This document shows positions 32,371-49,859 of a DNA stretch of 64,000 nt, piece after piece. Both the position numbers and the translations under genes were made by a program. The notes below the pieces were generated by a model. That model saw nothing but the letters and a program-made list of their open reading frames with translations, was not told where the DNA came from and made no database searches. Every line of letters starts with the position of its first letter. Within the stretch, counting starts at the first letter, position 1. The DNA is taken from assembly GCF_046105845.1 (NCBI RefSeq), contig NZ_CP151004.1; one strand, given 5' to 3'. This DNA comes from Escherichia coli (lineage in GTDB: Bacteria; Pseudomonadota; Gammaproteobacteria; Enterobacterales; Enterobacteriaceae).

Positions 32371-33678
32371 TTATTTGCTGCTGTCCGGGCCGCGTTCACC
32401 CGTTGCTACCGGATTTTTTGGATTGCTGCTCCATTCGTACCAGCCGCCGTCGTAAACGGAGACGTTATTCCAGCCCATTGCTCGTGCGTACATAAAGGTT
32501 TCGGACGCGCGCCAGCCGGTGCCGCAGTAGAATGAAACTTGCTGATCTGGTCTGATATTCCATGCTTTCCACATAGCCGTAATATCATCGGCGCTGCGCA
32601 TGGTGCCATCCGGGTTATGAAAATCTTCCATATGCGTCGAGTCGCTACCAGCGTGTCCCCAACGTGCTCCGGCTATTTCACCTTTTGGTTTAATATAGCT
32701 GTAACCGCTGGTCGTACCGATAAATTCTGGCCACGAACGAATGCTCACCAGCGATGCATCCTGGCGATGCAGCAGTCCACGGGCCTGTTCCATATCGAGC
32801 ATCAACTGCGGTTGTGCCGGGATCTTCACGCCGAAATCCGGTTCCGCTTTCACTTTCGGTGGCGTTCCGCGCTCAACGGGCAGTCCCGCGTCGGACCAGG
32901 TTTGCCAGCCGCCGTCCAGCAGGCGCACATCTTTCACGCCAGCGTAGAGCATAATTTGCGCCACACGCGCTGCAGCGTATACGTCACGCCCGTACAGAAT
33001 GACCGTGGTGTCATGGCGAATGCCGTGTTTTGCCAGCATCGCTTTCAGTTGTTCATCAGAAACTTTGTTCCACAGCGGTTCGCTTTCCACTTCGTTGGTG
33101 TCGATGTAGTCAGCGCCGGGAATATGGCTGATAAGGTAAAATTTTGGAGCGCCCCAGGCCGCTTCAATGACTTTCCAGTCACCGGCAGGTTTCGCCGTAA
33201 CCTCTTTACCTTGTTGCAGGTCATGCAGCCACTGCGGATATACCAGCTGTTCAAAGTGCGGCAGTTTTTGCAGACGGGAAGGTTCGCTTAGCGCGTCACT
33301 CAGGATGGAGATATGCGTAAAACCTGCTTTTTGCAGTCGCGTTTTGACGGCGTCGACATCTTTGTCATTACCGTACAGTGCCACCGGGGCATCGGCTTTC
33401 AGGTTATGTTGCTTGATCCACTCGTTGAGCTGTTCGGTGCTCATTTTGTCGAGCCAGCTAGCAGAGAGGTTTAAGGCGGCAGGTTCATGACCGGAAGGGC
33501 CATTTAAGGTTTGTGGCCAGCCGTTATAAAACGCGCTGGGGCGAGTATCTATCGCTTTGCCATTTTGTTGTTGAAGCTGGTCAAGTGTAAGAGGCTTCGC
33601 CAGTTCAGCGGCCCACGAAGAAGCGCAAGCCAGCCCTAAAGCCATTGCCAGCGCGGTCATTTGAGAAACACGTTTCAT
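32371..33678 (-). CDS. ynjE: YnjE, periplasmic thiosulfate sulfurtransferase (rhodanese)
   Basis: 435 aa from MKRVSQMTALAMAL with signal peptide; tandem rhodanese domains. Confidence 0.88.
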   Translation of the reverse strand: MKRVSQMTALAMALGLACASSWAAELAKPLTLDQLQQQNGKAIDTRPSAFYNGWPQTLNGPSGHEPAALNLSASWLDKMSTEQLNEWIKQHNLKADAPVALYGNDKDVDAVKTRLQKAGFTHISILSDALSEPSRLQKLPHFEQLVYPQWLHDLQQGKEVTAKPAGDWKVIEAAWGAPKFYLISHIPGADYIDTNEVESEPLWNKVSDEQLKAMLAKHGIRHDTTVILYGRDVYAAARVAQIMLYAGVKDVRLLDGGWQTWSDAGLPVERGTPPKVKAEPDFGVKIPAQPQLMLDMEQARGLLHRQDASLVSIRSWPEFIGTTSGYSYIKPKGEIAGARWGHAGSDSTHMEDFHNPDGTMRSADDITAMWKAWNIRPDQQVSFYCGTGWRASETFMYARAMGWNNVSVYDGGWYEWSSNPKNPVATGERGPDSSK

Positions 33679-33744
33679 CGAAAATCCCGACATTGTAGTT
33701 TTGAGAGCGCCATTCTGAACTGACGCATCGGGAAAAACTTTGCG

Positions 33745-34398
33745 TTATCGCAGTTTGTTGTAATTTTCTGACCACTGCGCCATATCCAGAACGGGGCTAT
33801 CAGGAGGAACATCCTGAAGATCGTGCGTCACCTGCACAACAGGGATCGCCATGGCGCGAATTTCGCTGAACACCCAATGGCGAAAATTATCGCGCAGGGC
33901 CACATCAAGACGGCTGAATGGCTCATCCAGTAGCAACGCTTTTGGCTGAGCGAGAAGGGCGCGAAGCAGAGCAACGCGCGCTCGCTGACCGCCAGACAAA
34001 GTGGCAGGATCCTGATGGAACGCTCCGTCAAGGCCTGAACGCTCAAGTGCATCATTCACGGCATTACGTCGGGCATTCCCCTTAAGTGTCGCCGGTAGCG
34101 CCAGCAGTAAATTTTGCCCGACGCTGAACTGGTCAAATAACAGTGCATCCTGGAAAAGAATGCCAATCTGACGCTGTGCGGTGGGTAGCATGTCAATCCG
34201 TTGCTCATTAAGCCATAGCTCCCCTGTACAAGAAAACTGTCCGGCCAGCGCACCAATCATCCACGAAAACAGAGTGGATTTCCCGCAGCCGGATGGTCCC
34301 ATTAACGTGACAATGTCACCTTTATCTACTGTAAAGTTAACGTTTGTCAGCAAGCGGCTTTCTGGTAAACGTAGCGAAACATTTTTCACGCAGAGCAT
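33745..34398 (-). CDS. ynjD: YnjD, ABC transporter ATP-binding protein
   Basis: 217 aa from MLCVKNVSL; Walker A GPSGCGKST, LSGGQ signature. Confidence 0.88.
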   Translation of the reverse strand: MLCVKNVSLRLPESRLLTNVNFTVDKGDIVTLMGPSGCGKSTLFSWMIGALAGQFSCTGELWLNEQRIDMLPTAQRQIGILFQDALLFDQFSVGQNLLLALPATLKGNARRNAVNDALERSGLDGAFHQDPATLSGGQRARVALLRALLAQPKALLLDEPFSRLDVALRDNFRHWVFSEIRAMAIPVVQVTHDLQDVPPDSPVLDMAQWSENYNKLR

Positions 34399-35933
34399 TA
34401 GCGGAGTCCTTGTCTGACATAACCTACCCATTTTGCGACTAACGCGGTCAGGGCAAAAATAATAAGCGGTAACAGCAGTTGCCATAAAGCCTGGGCGGCG
34501 AGAATACCGTTGCTGCCGCCGCTGCTTAATGCCACCGCTTCAGTGGTGAGCGTCGGAAAACGCCCCGCGCCCAGCCACAGCGTCGGCATATACTGCGCAA
34601 TACTGACTGAAAATCCCACCGCGAAGGCAATCAGCGCAGGGCGCAACATGAGTGGGCATTTTACGTAAAAGAAGATTTTGGCCCGCGACCAGCCCAGTGT
34701 TTGCGCAATCAAAATTAACCGTGAATCAATGCGCTGCCAGGCGGGTTGCAGGATAAACAGCATCCACGGCATTACCCACAGCAGATGCCCCCAGACCACC
34801 GCCGTCCAGCTTCCATCCAGGTTCAGCCATAGCGCCAGCGTGTACTGGCCCGCCACCAGCGGCAGAGCGGGTAATAAAATGGGCAACCATAGCCACAACT
34901 GGCGACGCTGTGGCCCCCATTCCAGCCACAGCAGTAACAGGAGCAAAGCGATGAATGCCGCCACCAGCCCCATTGTCAGGCTGTTGATGAGCGCTTCACT
35001 ATTGATCGTCGACTGATCCGCGAGGATCGCCAGCAGAACCACACACAGCACACCGGTTAAGGGTAAAAGACTCGCCAGCGTAATGCCAGGCAATAAAGGC
35101 GTGGCAGGCTTACGAACGCCATCTACGCGGGGAATAGTACGCCGCCAGCTACGCCATAGCAGATAGCCCAGCAAAACGTAGGCGGCGAGTAACAGCATCA
35201 GCAGCAGGCTGGCGAGTGCGCCTTTCGTTTGTTGATCGGCTTCGCCCTGAGTTAACCACTGCCAGCTAATTACTGCCAGCGTCGGTGGATTACCTGGCCC
35301 AAGAATAATCGCCACATCCACGACCGACAGCGACCAGGCAACAATCGCCAGCATCGCCATTGCCAGCGCAGGCGCGACGGAGGGCAACAGTAGCCAGTTC
35401 AGGCATTGCCAGCGGCTGTAGCCCAGCGAATCCAGCACAATGAGTTGCTGCAACAGCCGTTTTTCGCTCAATACTGCCGCTAAGATCCACAATAGAAATG
35501 CGCTTTCTTTCACCGCCAGCGTGAAGCCCAGCCCAATACCCAATTTGTCCATTGGCGGAGTGAAATATGGGAAATAGTCATAAAGCAGCCCTCCGTCAGC
35601 AAAGAGCAGAAGGGCGCTGGTGGCAAAAGCCACATGGGGAATGGCGAGCAGCCACGGCAGACGGGCGCACATACGCTGCCATTTCGGCCCGGGCCACAGC
35701 GCCACAATCACCAGCAGGGCAATCAACAACGCCCCGCCCGCCGCGATGGTTGTCGACACCAGCGTTGCCAGTAATGCCTGCGGTAACTGCGGGTCAGCAA
35801 ATAACGCCTGCCAGTGTGTCAACGACAAAGCAGGCGATATCAGCGTGAGAGTTGCCGGGATCAGCGGTGCATAAATCACCGCCACCATCGCCCACAGCAA
35901 AAAGATTAATGCGTACCGTAACGGTGTAGCCAT
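34398..35933 (-). CDS. ynjC: YnjC, ABC transporter permease (fused two-domain)
   Basis: 511 aa from MATPLRYALIFL; multi-TM. Confidence 0.88.
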   Translation of the reverse strand: MATPLRYALIFLLWAMVAVIYAPLIPATLTLISPALSLTHWQALFADPQLPQALLATLVSTTIAAGGALLIALLVIVALWPGPKWQRMCARLPWLLAIPHVAFATSALLLFADGGLLYDYFPYFTPPMDKLGIGLGFTLAVKESAFLLWILAAVLSEKRLLQQLIVLDSLGYSRWQCLNWLLLPSVAPALAMAMLAIVAWSLSVVDVAIILGPGNPPTLAVISWQWLTQGEADQQTKGALASLLLMLLLAAYVLLGYLLWRSWRRTIPRVDGVRKPATPLLPGITLASLLPLTGVLCVVLLAILADQSTINSEALINSLTMGLVAAFIALLLLLLWLEWGPQRRQLWLWLPILLPALPLVAGQYTLALWLNLDGSWTAVVWGHLLWVMPWMLFILQPAWQRIDSRLILIAQTLGWSRAKIFFYVKCPLMLRPALIAFAVGFSVSIAQYMPTLWLGAGRFPTLTTEAVALSSGGSNGILAAQALWQLLLPLIIFALTALVAKWVGYVRQGLR

Positions 35934-37072
35934 TCTTGTTCCAGCGCATTTACCCAACCTGCGTGCGGTTCAGCCAGTACCGGCGGCAGATCCTGCGGCA
36001 TTCTTGATTGCAATTTTTCGCGCTGCCCGTCAGGCAGTTTTTGCGGATCGAGAACCGAAGGATCGCCCCAGACAGCAGGGTCTGCTTTACGCAGTTGTGC
36101 ATCGGGTGAGAGCAGGAAATTGGCGACAACCTTCGCCGCAGCACTGGCATTCGCGTTAGCAGGAATGGTGACGAAATGCACGTTGCCAATCATTCCCTCG
36201 CTAAAGCCAAAGCTGTAACTGCTGGCGGGTAAATCGCCGCTGGCAATTTTTTGCTGCGCATGAGCGGGGTTAAAAGTGAGCGACAGGCGCAATGTGCCGG
36301 CTTTCAGCAGAGCATCCATCCGCGCGGGCGAAGGCGGAAAATCCTTTCCTTCGCGCCATAAATACGGATGCAGCGCATCAAGAAATTGCCACAAGGGCGC
36401 AGTGACACGGGCGAAAGTCGCATCGTCCGGCGCTTCTTTTAACGCGGCGGGATCTGGTGTCAGCATAATCAGCAACTGTTCAAGAAACGCCGTGCCGGTA
36501 AAGTCCGGTGGGCGCGGATAGGTAACCGTGCCGGGATTGGCTTTAGCAAACTCCAGCAACGCTTGCGGCGTTTGTGGTGGCTGTGGCGTAACATCGCGGC
36601 GGGCGATAAACGTCAGTTGTGCGCCACCCCAGGGCGATTCAGCCCCTTCTGTAGGCACTGAAAAATCTTCCCGCACCGGCAGCTGTGTGTCGACATAGCG
36701 CCAGTTGGGCAGAGTCTCCACCCAGCCCGTTTGTAATAAATTGGCCTCTTTTAAGGTGCGGAAGTTTTCGCCGTTCACCCAGAGCAGATCCACCGAACCG
36801 CCTGTTTTGCGTCCGGCAGCAGCTTCGGTCTGAATGCGCTTCACCGCGTCTGCGGCATCCGCGAGACGAACAATCTTCAGGTTTATAGCGTAATGGGTTT
36901 TCATCTCGCCGCTAACCCAGTCGAGATAGCGGTTAATTGCGGTATCGCCGCCCCAGGCGTTAAACCAGACGGTTTGCCCTTTGGCCTCATTTTTAATTTC
37001 CTGCCAGTCACTGGCATGTGTTGCCAAAGAAAACAGCGATAACAATCCCAGCAACCACCCACAATGGCGCAT
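35906..37072 (-). CDS. ynjB: YnjB, ABC transporter periplasmic binding protein
   Basis: 388 aa with signal peptide; overlaps ynjC start. Confidence 0.88.
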   Translation of the reverse strand: MRHCGWLLGLLSLFSLATHASDWQEIKNEAKGQTVWFNAWGGDTAINRYLDWVSGEMKTHYAINLKIVRLADAADAVKRIQTEAAAGRKTGGSVDLLWVNGENFRTLKEANLLQTGWVETLPNWRYVDTQLPVREDFSVPTEGAESPWGGAQLTFIARRDVTPQPPQTPQALLEFAKANPGTVTYPRPPDFTGTAFLEQLLIMLTPDPAALKEAPDDATFARVTAPLWQFLDALHPYLWREGKDFPPSPARMDALLKAGTLRLSLTFNPAHAQQKIASGDLPASSYSFGFSEGMIGNVHFVTIPANANASAAAKVVANFLLSPDAQLRKADPAVWGDPSVLDPQKLPDGQREKLQSRMPQDLPPVLAEPHAGWVNALEQEWLHRYGTH

Positions 37073-37081
37073 CTTCTCTCC

Positions 37082-37630
37082 TTAAGCACGTTTTTCCGGA
37101 ATACGGCACAGCCCCTGAGCGGGAATGTCCATGGCAGAATTAAAACGAGCCGACAGGTTTTGCAGGCCGATCAATGCCGTCAGTTCGGTGAGCGCCTGGG
37201 CGTCAAAATGCGCAGCCAGTCGGGTACGCAGGGCATCATCGACCGTTGGCGGCGTTACGCTTGCGGCTTCGGCGTACTCCAGCGCCAGCCGTTCTTCATC
37301 GCTAAAGAGCGGGCTTTGCCGCCAGTCAGCCACTGCCAGCAGTTTATCGGTGCTGCCAGTGCGCTCGGCGACTTTCATACTGGTGATATCCACGCAAAAC
37401 TCACACAGACACATTTGCGCAATGCGCGCGCTGACAAGCGATCGCACTACTGGATCCAGCGGTGAGCGTTTGCGCTCCAGCCAGCCGACAAACATCGACA
37501 CCAGATAAAAGATAAACGGGATCCGCCCCCACCAGCGAATCGGGCTTAGCACCTCGCCGTAATGGCGACGATGCAGCCACGCCTGCGGACGTAAAATGAA
37601 AGGAATTTTGCTAAGCGGCGGTAAACCCAT
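37082..37630 (-). CDS. ynjA: YnjA, carboxymuconolactone decarboxylase (AhpD-like) family protein
   Basis: 182 aa; synteny. Confidence 0.85.
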   Translation of the reverse strand: MGLPPLSKIPFILRPQAWLHRRHYGEVLSPIRWWGRIPFIFYLVSMFVGWLERKRSPLDPVVRSLVSARIAQMCLCEFCVDITSMKVAERTGSTDKLLAVADWRQSPLFSDEERLALEYAEAASVTPPTVDDALRTRLAAHFDAQALTELTALIGLQNLSARFNSAMDIPAQGLCRIPEKRA

Positions 37631-38337
37631 CAGGCATTCCTCTTCTGGCGCTCAAGCCATATTTTCTTCGCCATAAAAATCACCACGGTCAGGGCAAACA
37701 GAATAAACAGTCCGGTGACAAACCAGAAAGTACCGCCTGTTAACATGCTGCCCGCCCAGGAATAAACAATAGTCGCTGGTAACTGACCAAGCCCGGTGGC
37801 GATAAAAAATGAGCGAAAACGGATTGAAGTCAAACCGGCAGCATAGCTGATTGGATCGAAAGGGACAAAAGGCAATAACCGACATACCAGGATGGTGTGT
37901 TTGCCGTAGCGAGTGAAAAAGCCGTCCATACTGTCAAGTACGGTTTTGCCGGTTAATTTTTCCACCACTTCGCGGCCCATCACTCTGGCGATAAAAAAGC
38001 ACAGCGCCGCGCCGGCCATCGAACTGGTCCACGACAGCAAGCCGCCCCAGAACGCGCCAAACAGCGACGCATTGGCAAAGGTGATCAAAAACGCAGGTAG
38101 CGGTGCAGCAATGGCCTGCAAAATCATCAACAAGAACGAGACAACTGCCGCCAGTGCGCCGTAAGACTGAATAAAGCGTTCTATACCCTGTTGGTCCACG
38201 GCGGCAAACGCCGCAACGCTGCGATTAATAAACTCATTGACGCCGGGAAGCAGCGCCCATGCCAGCAGCATAGCGAACAACAGGATGATGAGGGTTATAC
38301 GGTAGTACCAGATTTTTCGCGATTGCATCTTCATCAT
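37630..38337 (-). CDS. ydjZ: YdjZ, DedA/TVP38-family inner membrane protein
   Basis: 235 aa multi-TM. Confidence 0.85.
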   Translation of the reverse strand: MMKMQSRKIWYYRITLIILLFAMLLAWALLPGVNEFINRSVAAFAAVDQQGIERFIQSYGALAAVVSFLLMILQAIAAPLPAFLITFANASLFGAFWGGLLSWTSSMAGAALCFFIARVMGREVVEKLTGKTVLDSMDGFFTRYGKHTILVCRLLPFVPFDPISYAAGLTSIRFRSFFIATGLGQLPATIVYSWAGSMLTGGTFWFVTGLFILFALTVVIFMAKKIWLERQKRNA

Positions 38338-38351
38338 CCTTTATCCTGGCT

Positions 38352-39029
38352 TTATTCGGTGATTTTAAAGGTAACCGTTGCCAGCGTATTATCCGCCGGG
38401 AGAACCGAGGCATTGCCTTTGAATTTCACTTCGCCGCGTTTTTCCACCGCACCATAAGTGTATGTTGCATTGCTGACGATGCCGACCGGGCAGCTATCCA
38501 GACACACCAGGCAGCCCGTTTTCTTCTCTTCTGCTGCCGTTAAATTACCGCCAAAGCGCATGTCCAGTTTCTTGCCATTACTGTCAACAATCACTTCATC
38601 GAAGGAATACGCTTTTGCCGCCCCTTGCCAGTTGACCGAAATATCCAGTTTGCTGCCTGTGACATGAGTCGTTTCTTTATTATCCATCGTCATGTTTTCG
38701 CCCGGCGTACCACCTGCCTCTTTCAGGGCTTCATAAAATGCTTTCGGGGTCGCATAACCCATAAACAGCGATTTATGTCCGTTGGAGCCATCTTTAAACA
38801 CAATACCGTGACGAGTGTCGTCGGTGAGGAAACGACCATTAATTTGCACCAGCATGGTTACCGTATGGTTATTGGCATCGACACGCAGCGGTTGGCTGTT
38901 CGAAAGTCCGTCGTATTCCACTTTTGCAGCCGCATTCTCTTTTTGATCGCAGCCGCTAAGCCCGGCAACAGCCAGTAAGCAGAGTGCAGCCAGTCCTTTT
39001 TTCCATGACACTGAATAATGTTGCAACAT
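38352..39029 (-). CDS. ydjY: YdjY, predicted lipoprotein/exported protein
   Basis: 225 aa from MLQHYSVSWKKGLAALCLLAVAGLSGC (lipobox); track ORF is N-terminally extended. Confidence 0.8.
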   Translation of the reverse strand: MLQHYSVSWKKGLAALCLLAVAGLSGCDQKENAAAKVEYDGLSNSQPLRVDANNHTVTMLVQINGRFLTDDTRHGIVFKDGSNGHKSLFMGYATPKAFYEALKEAGGTPGENMTMDNKETTHVTGSKLDISVNWQGAAKAYSFDEVIVDSNGKKLDMRFGGNLTAAEEKKTGCLVCLDSCPVGIVSNATYTYGAVEKRGEVKFKGNASVLPADNTLATVTFKITE

Positions 39030-39033
39030 CGTT

Positions 39034-39744
39034 CTATCCTTCATTTTTTGGGTGAGAAAGTGGGCTGCGGCGAGAAGCAGACAGATCCACATGTTTGTGT
39101 CGGGCGTAGAGTTTTGCGAGCTGGACGAGAATAAACAGCGCCAGGCCCGCCAGACAGAGTTGTAAAATAAAGCGCAGCGTAATGCCTTCATTGGCGAGAT
39201 CGCTTGCCATCACGGTATAAATAACAATACCGGGTAGGGTTGTGAGTGCCGAAATAAGGGTATAAGGCCAGAAGGCGATTGTGGTTAATCCGTAAGCGTA
39301 ATTTTGAATATTGTAAGGAAACAACGGGATTAAGCGGGTCAGAATAAGAAAATCAATACCGTTACGCGCAATGCCTTTTTCAATGGCCTGGAAGGTATGG
39401 CTATGGCCAACGTATTTCAGCAGTAAATCACGTCCCAGCCAGCGCGCCAGCAGGAATGAGCACGAGGAGGCCAGCGTGGCGGCAATTAATGATAGTAGTG
39501 TCCCTAAGAGCGGGCCAAAAACTATTCCTCCAGCGATCACCAGTATGCTTCCTGGTAACAGAAAGAGGGTGGCAATGATGAATAACAGAATATAGAGGCT
39601 ATAACCGAACAATCCGCTCTGGCGAATGAGTGTCTGTAAGTGGGGTAAATCGGTGAGCAGATCGAATAAACCGAAAGCGTGGATAGCGTAAATGAGCAGC
39701 GCAAAAATAAGACAGGCAAAAAGAAATTTACGCTCAGCGTTCAT
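39034..39744 (-). CDS. ydjX: YdjX, DedA/TVP38-family inner membrane protein
   Basis: 236 aa from MNAERKFLFACLIF. Confidence 0.85.
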   Translation of the reverse strand: MNAERKFLFACLIFALLIYAIHAFGLFDLLTDLPHLQTLIRQSGLFGYSLYILLFIIATLFLLPGSILVIAGGIVFGPLLGTLLSLIAATLASSCSFLLARWLGRDLLLKYVGHSHTFQAIEKGIARNGIDFLILTRLIPLFPYNIQNYAYGLTTIAFWPYTLISALTTLPGIVIYTVMASDLANEGITLRFILQLCLAGLALFILVQLAKLYARHKHVDLSASRRSPLSHPKNEG

Positions 39745-39910
39745 TGTGGAGTTTCCTATATCAAACTTGATAATAGAGAAGTGGACAGACAACTAAAAAC
39801 GCAGTGACGGTATAACAAAGGGCGGCAGGCAACAAATCATTACTGACAGTTTGTTGATTTTTCTCAAGGTTAATTCTCCTGACCCAGTTTGAGCCAGGAG
39901 AACAGCTAAA

Positions 39911-40717
39911 TTAGCGGCGGAAGGTCGCCCAGACGGGGGCATGATCTGACGGTTTTTCCATGCTGCGGATTTCATAGTCGATGCCGGTTTCAACACAACA
40001 TTCTGCCAGCGGTTGGCTGGCGAGAAGCAGGTCGATGCGCAGACCACGGTTATCGTCAAAACCTTTTGAGCGGTAATCAAACCATGAGAAACGATCGGCT
40101 GTTTGCGGATTCGCATGGCGGAAGGTATCGACCAACCCCCAGCTCATCAGTCTCTCCATCCATTCGCGTTCTTCCGGAAGGAAAGAGCATTTTCCGGTAC
40201 GCAGCCAGCGTTTACGGTTCTCTTCGCCAATGCCAATATCCAGGTCGCCAGGACTGATATTCATATCGCCCATAATCAGCACCGGATTTTCACGCTTGAG
40301 TTCGGTTTCCAGGTAGTTTTGCAGATTCTGATAAAACTGCGCCTTTGCCGGGAATTTTATCGGATGGTCGCGGCTTTCACCCTGCGGGAAGTAACCGTTG
40401 ATCACGGTAACATTGCCCAGCGTCGAGGGGATTTCAGCCATAATAATTCGCCGTTGCGCCTCTTCGTCATCACCCGGAAAGCCGCGACGCACGGTAATCG
40501 GCGTCTCTTTGGTCAGCAGCGCCACGCCATAATGGCCTTTCTGCCCGTGATAAAACACGTTGTAGCCGAGCTTCGCCACCTCTTCGAGTGGAAACATATC
40601 GTCATGAACTTTTGTCTCCTGCAGGCCAATCACATCCGGCTGGTGCTTTTCGACGATGGCTTCAAGCTGGTGAGGTCTGGCGCGCAGGCCGTTGATATTA
40701 AAAGAGACAAATTTCAT
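39911..40717 (-). CDS. xthA: Exodeoxyribonuclease III
   Basis: 268 aa from [14 protein letters not shown]; EEP nuclease motifs. Confidence 0.95.
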   Translation of the reverse strand: MKFVSFNINGLRARPHQLEAIVEKHQPDVIGLQETKVHDDMFPLEEVAKLGYNVFYHGQKGHYGVALLTKETPITVRRGFPGDDEEAQRRIIMAEIPSTLGNVTVINGYFPQGESRDHPIKFPAKAQFYQNLQNYLETELKRENPVLIMGDMNISPGDLDIGIGEENRKRWLRTGKCSFLPEEREWMERLMSWGLVDTFRHANPQTADRFSWFDYRSKGFDDNRGLRIDLLLASQPLAECCVETGIDYEIRSMEKPSDHAPVWATFRR

Positions 40718-41074
40718 AGTCGCTGCCATTTATTCAGATAAAGAGTGCGTGGATGGTAGCAGAATTTCGCTTTGCGTACCGCCTGTTGTTAAGTGATTTG
40801 ATCGATGGTTGTTAATGATGTCAACGATGGCGCAAAAAATGCCCGCTTTTGGTGCGCGCTGCGTCAGAATGGCGCAGTAATTTCCAGTAAATTTCGTCAA
40901 TGATCACAATTCCAGAATTATATTTTACTTCTGCATAACATTGCGTTTTTTATTCTTTTTATTCACCCACATCGCAAACGTATTCACTTTATATGCACTT
41001 TAAATGCATATGGTTTGGTTATAACTCCTTGATTTCCAGTTAGCCTCCGCCGTTTATGCACTTTTATCACTGGC

Positions 41075-41090
41075 TGGCACGAACCCTGCA
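41075..41090 (+). promoter_or_regulatory. sigma54 promoter motif TGGCAC-N5-CTGCA upstream of astC
   Basis: GG-N10-GC read directly; ast operon is known to be NtrC/sigma54 dependent. Confidence 0.6.
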
Positions 41091-41126
41091 ATCTACATTT
41101 ACAGCGCAAACATTACTTATTATTAA

Positions 41127-47190
<6,064 letters not shown>

Positions 47191-47194
47191 TACT

Positions 47195-47220
47195 TACCCG
47201 CAGAAATCATTCTGCGGGTA
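47195..47220 (+). terminator. putative terminator hairpin after astE
   Basis: CCCGCAGAA-atcat-TCTGCGGG. Confidence 0.5.
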
Positions 47221-47519
47221 TTAAGTTACTTTCTTATAAATTAATACAGATTAATCCTGGTTATTTGCTTTATTTATCACCAGTCATCCGGTATAGTTCT
47301 TCATAATCTCTGCAAAATCATCGTGTTGTAATATTCCCTCATCACTCTCCATCAAATTTTCTTTTTTTCTCCATAATTGGCGCAAAAGTGTTTTTTACAC
47401 TTTCATTGTTTTACCGTTGCTCTGATTAATTGACGCTAAAGTCAGTAAAGTTAATCTCGTCAACACGGCACGCTTCTTAAGAAAGCCGTAATAAATAACT
47501 GAAAGGAAGGATATAGAAT

Positions 47520-48005
47520 ATGCGTAAATTAACTGCACTGTTTGTTGCCTCTACCCTGGCTCTTGGCGCGGCTAACCTGGCCCATGCCGCAGACACCACT
47601 ACCGCAGCACCGGCTGACGCGAAGCCGATGATGCACCACAAAGGCAAGTTCGGTCCGCATCAGGACATGATGTTCAAAGACCTGAACCTGACCGACGCGC
47701 AGAAACAGCAGATCCGCGAAATCATGAAAGGCCAGCGTGACCAGATGAAACGTCCGCCGCTGGAAGAACGCCGCGCAATGCATGACATCATTGCCAGCGA
47801 TACCTTCGATAAAGCAAAAGCTGAAGCGCAGATCGCAAAAATGGAAGAACAGCGCAAAGCTAACATGCTGGCGCACATGGAAACCCAGAACAAGATTTAC
47901 AACATCCTGACGCCGGAACAGAAAAAGCAATTTAATGCTAATTTTGAGAAGCGTCTGACAGAACGTCCAGCGGCAAAAGGTAAAATGCCTGCAACTGCTG
48001 AATAA
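47520..48005 (+). CDS. spy: Spy, periplasmic ATP-independent chaperone
   Basis: 161 aa with signal peptide; matches Spy. Confidence 0.95.
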   Translation: MRKLTALFVASTLALGAANLAHAADTTTAAPADAKPMMHHKGKFGPHQDMMFKDLNLTDAQKQQIREIMKGQRDQMKRPPLEERRAMHDIIASDTFDKAKAEAQIAKMEEQRKANMLAHMETQNKIYNILTPEQKKQFNANFEKRLTERPAAKGKMPATAE

Positions 48006-48027
48006 TCTTTCAGCCAAAAAACGTAAG

Positions 48028-48090
48028 ACCGCCGGTCTTGTCCACTACCTTGCAGTAATGCGGTGGACAGGATCGGCGGTTTTCTTTTTT
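48028..48090 (+). terminator. rho-independent terminator after spy
   Basis: 18-bp stem ACCGCCGGTCTTGTCCAC / GTGGACAGGATCGGCGGT (two mismatches, G-U wobble in RNA) followed by TTTTCTTTTTT. Confidence 0.8.
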
Positions 48091-48129
48091 GTTCTCAAAC
48101 AGATGCAAAAAAAGCCTGATCGCCACTAA

Positions 48130-49630
<1,501 letters not shown>

Positions 49631-49643
49631 TGTTGACTCCGAA

Positions 49644-49663
49644 TGCTGGTTATCTATCCAGTG
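49644..49663 (-). promoter_or_regulatory. LexA box upstream of cho (CACTGGATAGATAACCAGCA on minus strand)
   Basis: CTGG-N8-CCAG palindrome read directly; matches the box I recall being reported for ydjQ/cho. Confidence 0.6.
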
Positions 49664-49709
49664 TAACAGGCGGGGAGCGATTAAAAAAGAGGCGGGTTGA
49701 TGACAAAGG

Positions 49710-49820
49710 TTACACCGTCTGACGTGCTACGCCTGTCAGGCCTATTCGACTCATGCAATATATTGAATTTGCATAGTTTTGTGGGGCGAATAAGGCGTTC
49801 ACGCCGCATCCGGCGTGAAC
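49710..49820. repeat. REP/BIME palindromic units between cho and nadE
   Basis: GGCGTTCACGCCGCATCCGGCG and CGCCTGTCAGGCCTA motifs resembling REP consensus. Confidence 0.6.
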
Positions 49821-49859
49821 AAAGTACTCTTTTTCGCACAAACCAATATGTGCAAATTA

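Noticed and set aside
47400-47519. CpxR/BaeR boxes in the spy promoter (TAAAG-tcag-TAAAG around 47440)
   Set aside because: The spacing I read (4 nt) does not match the GTAAA-N5-GTAAA consensus as I remember it, so no specific site is asserted, although spy is known to be Cpx/Bae regulated.
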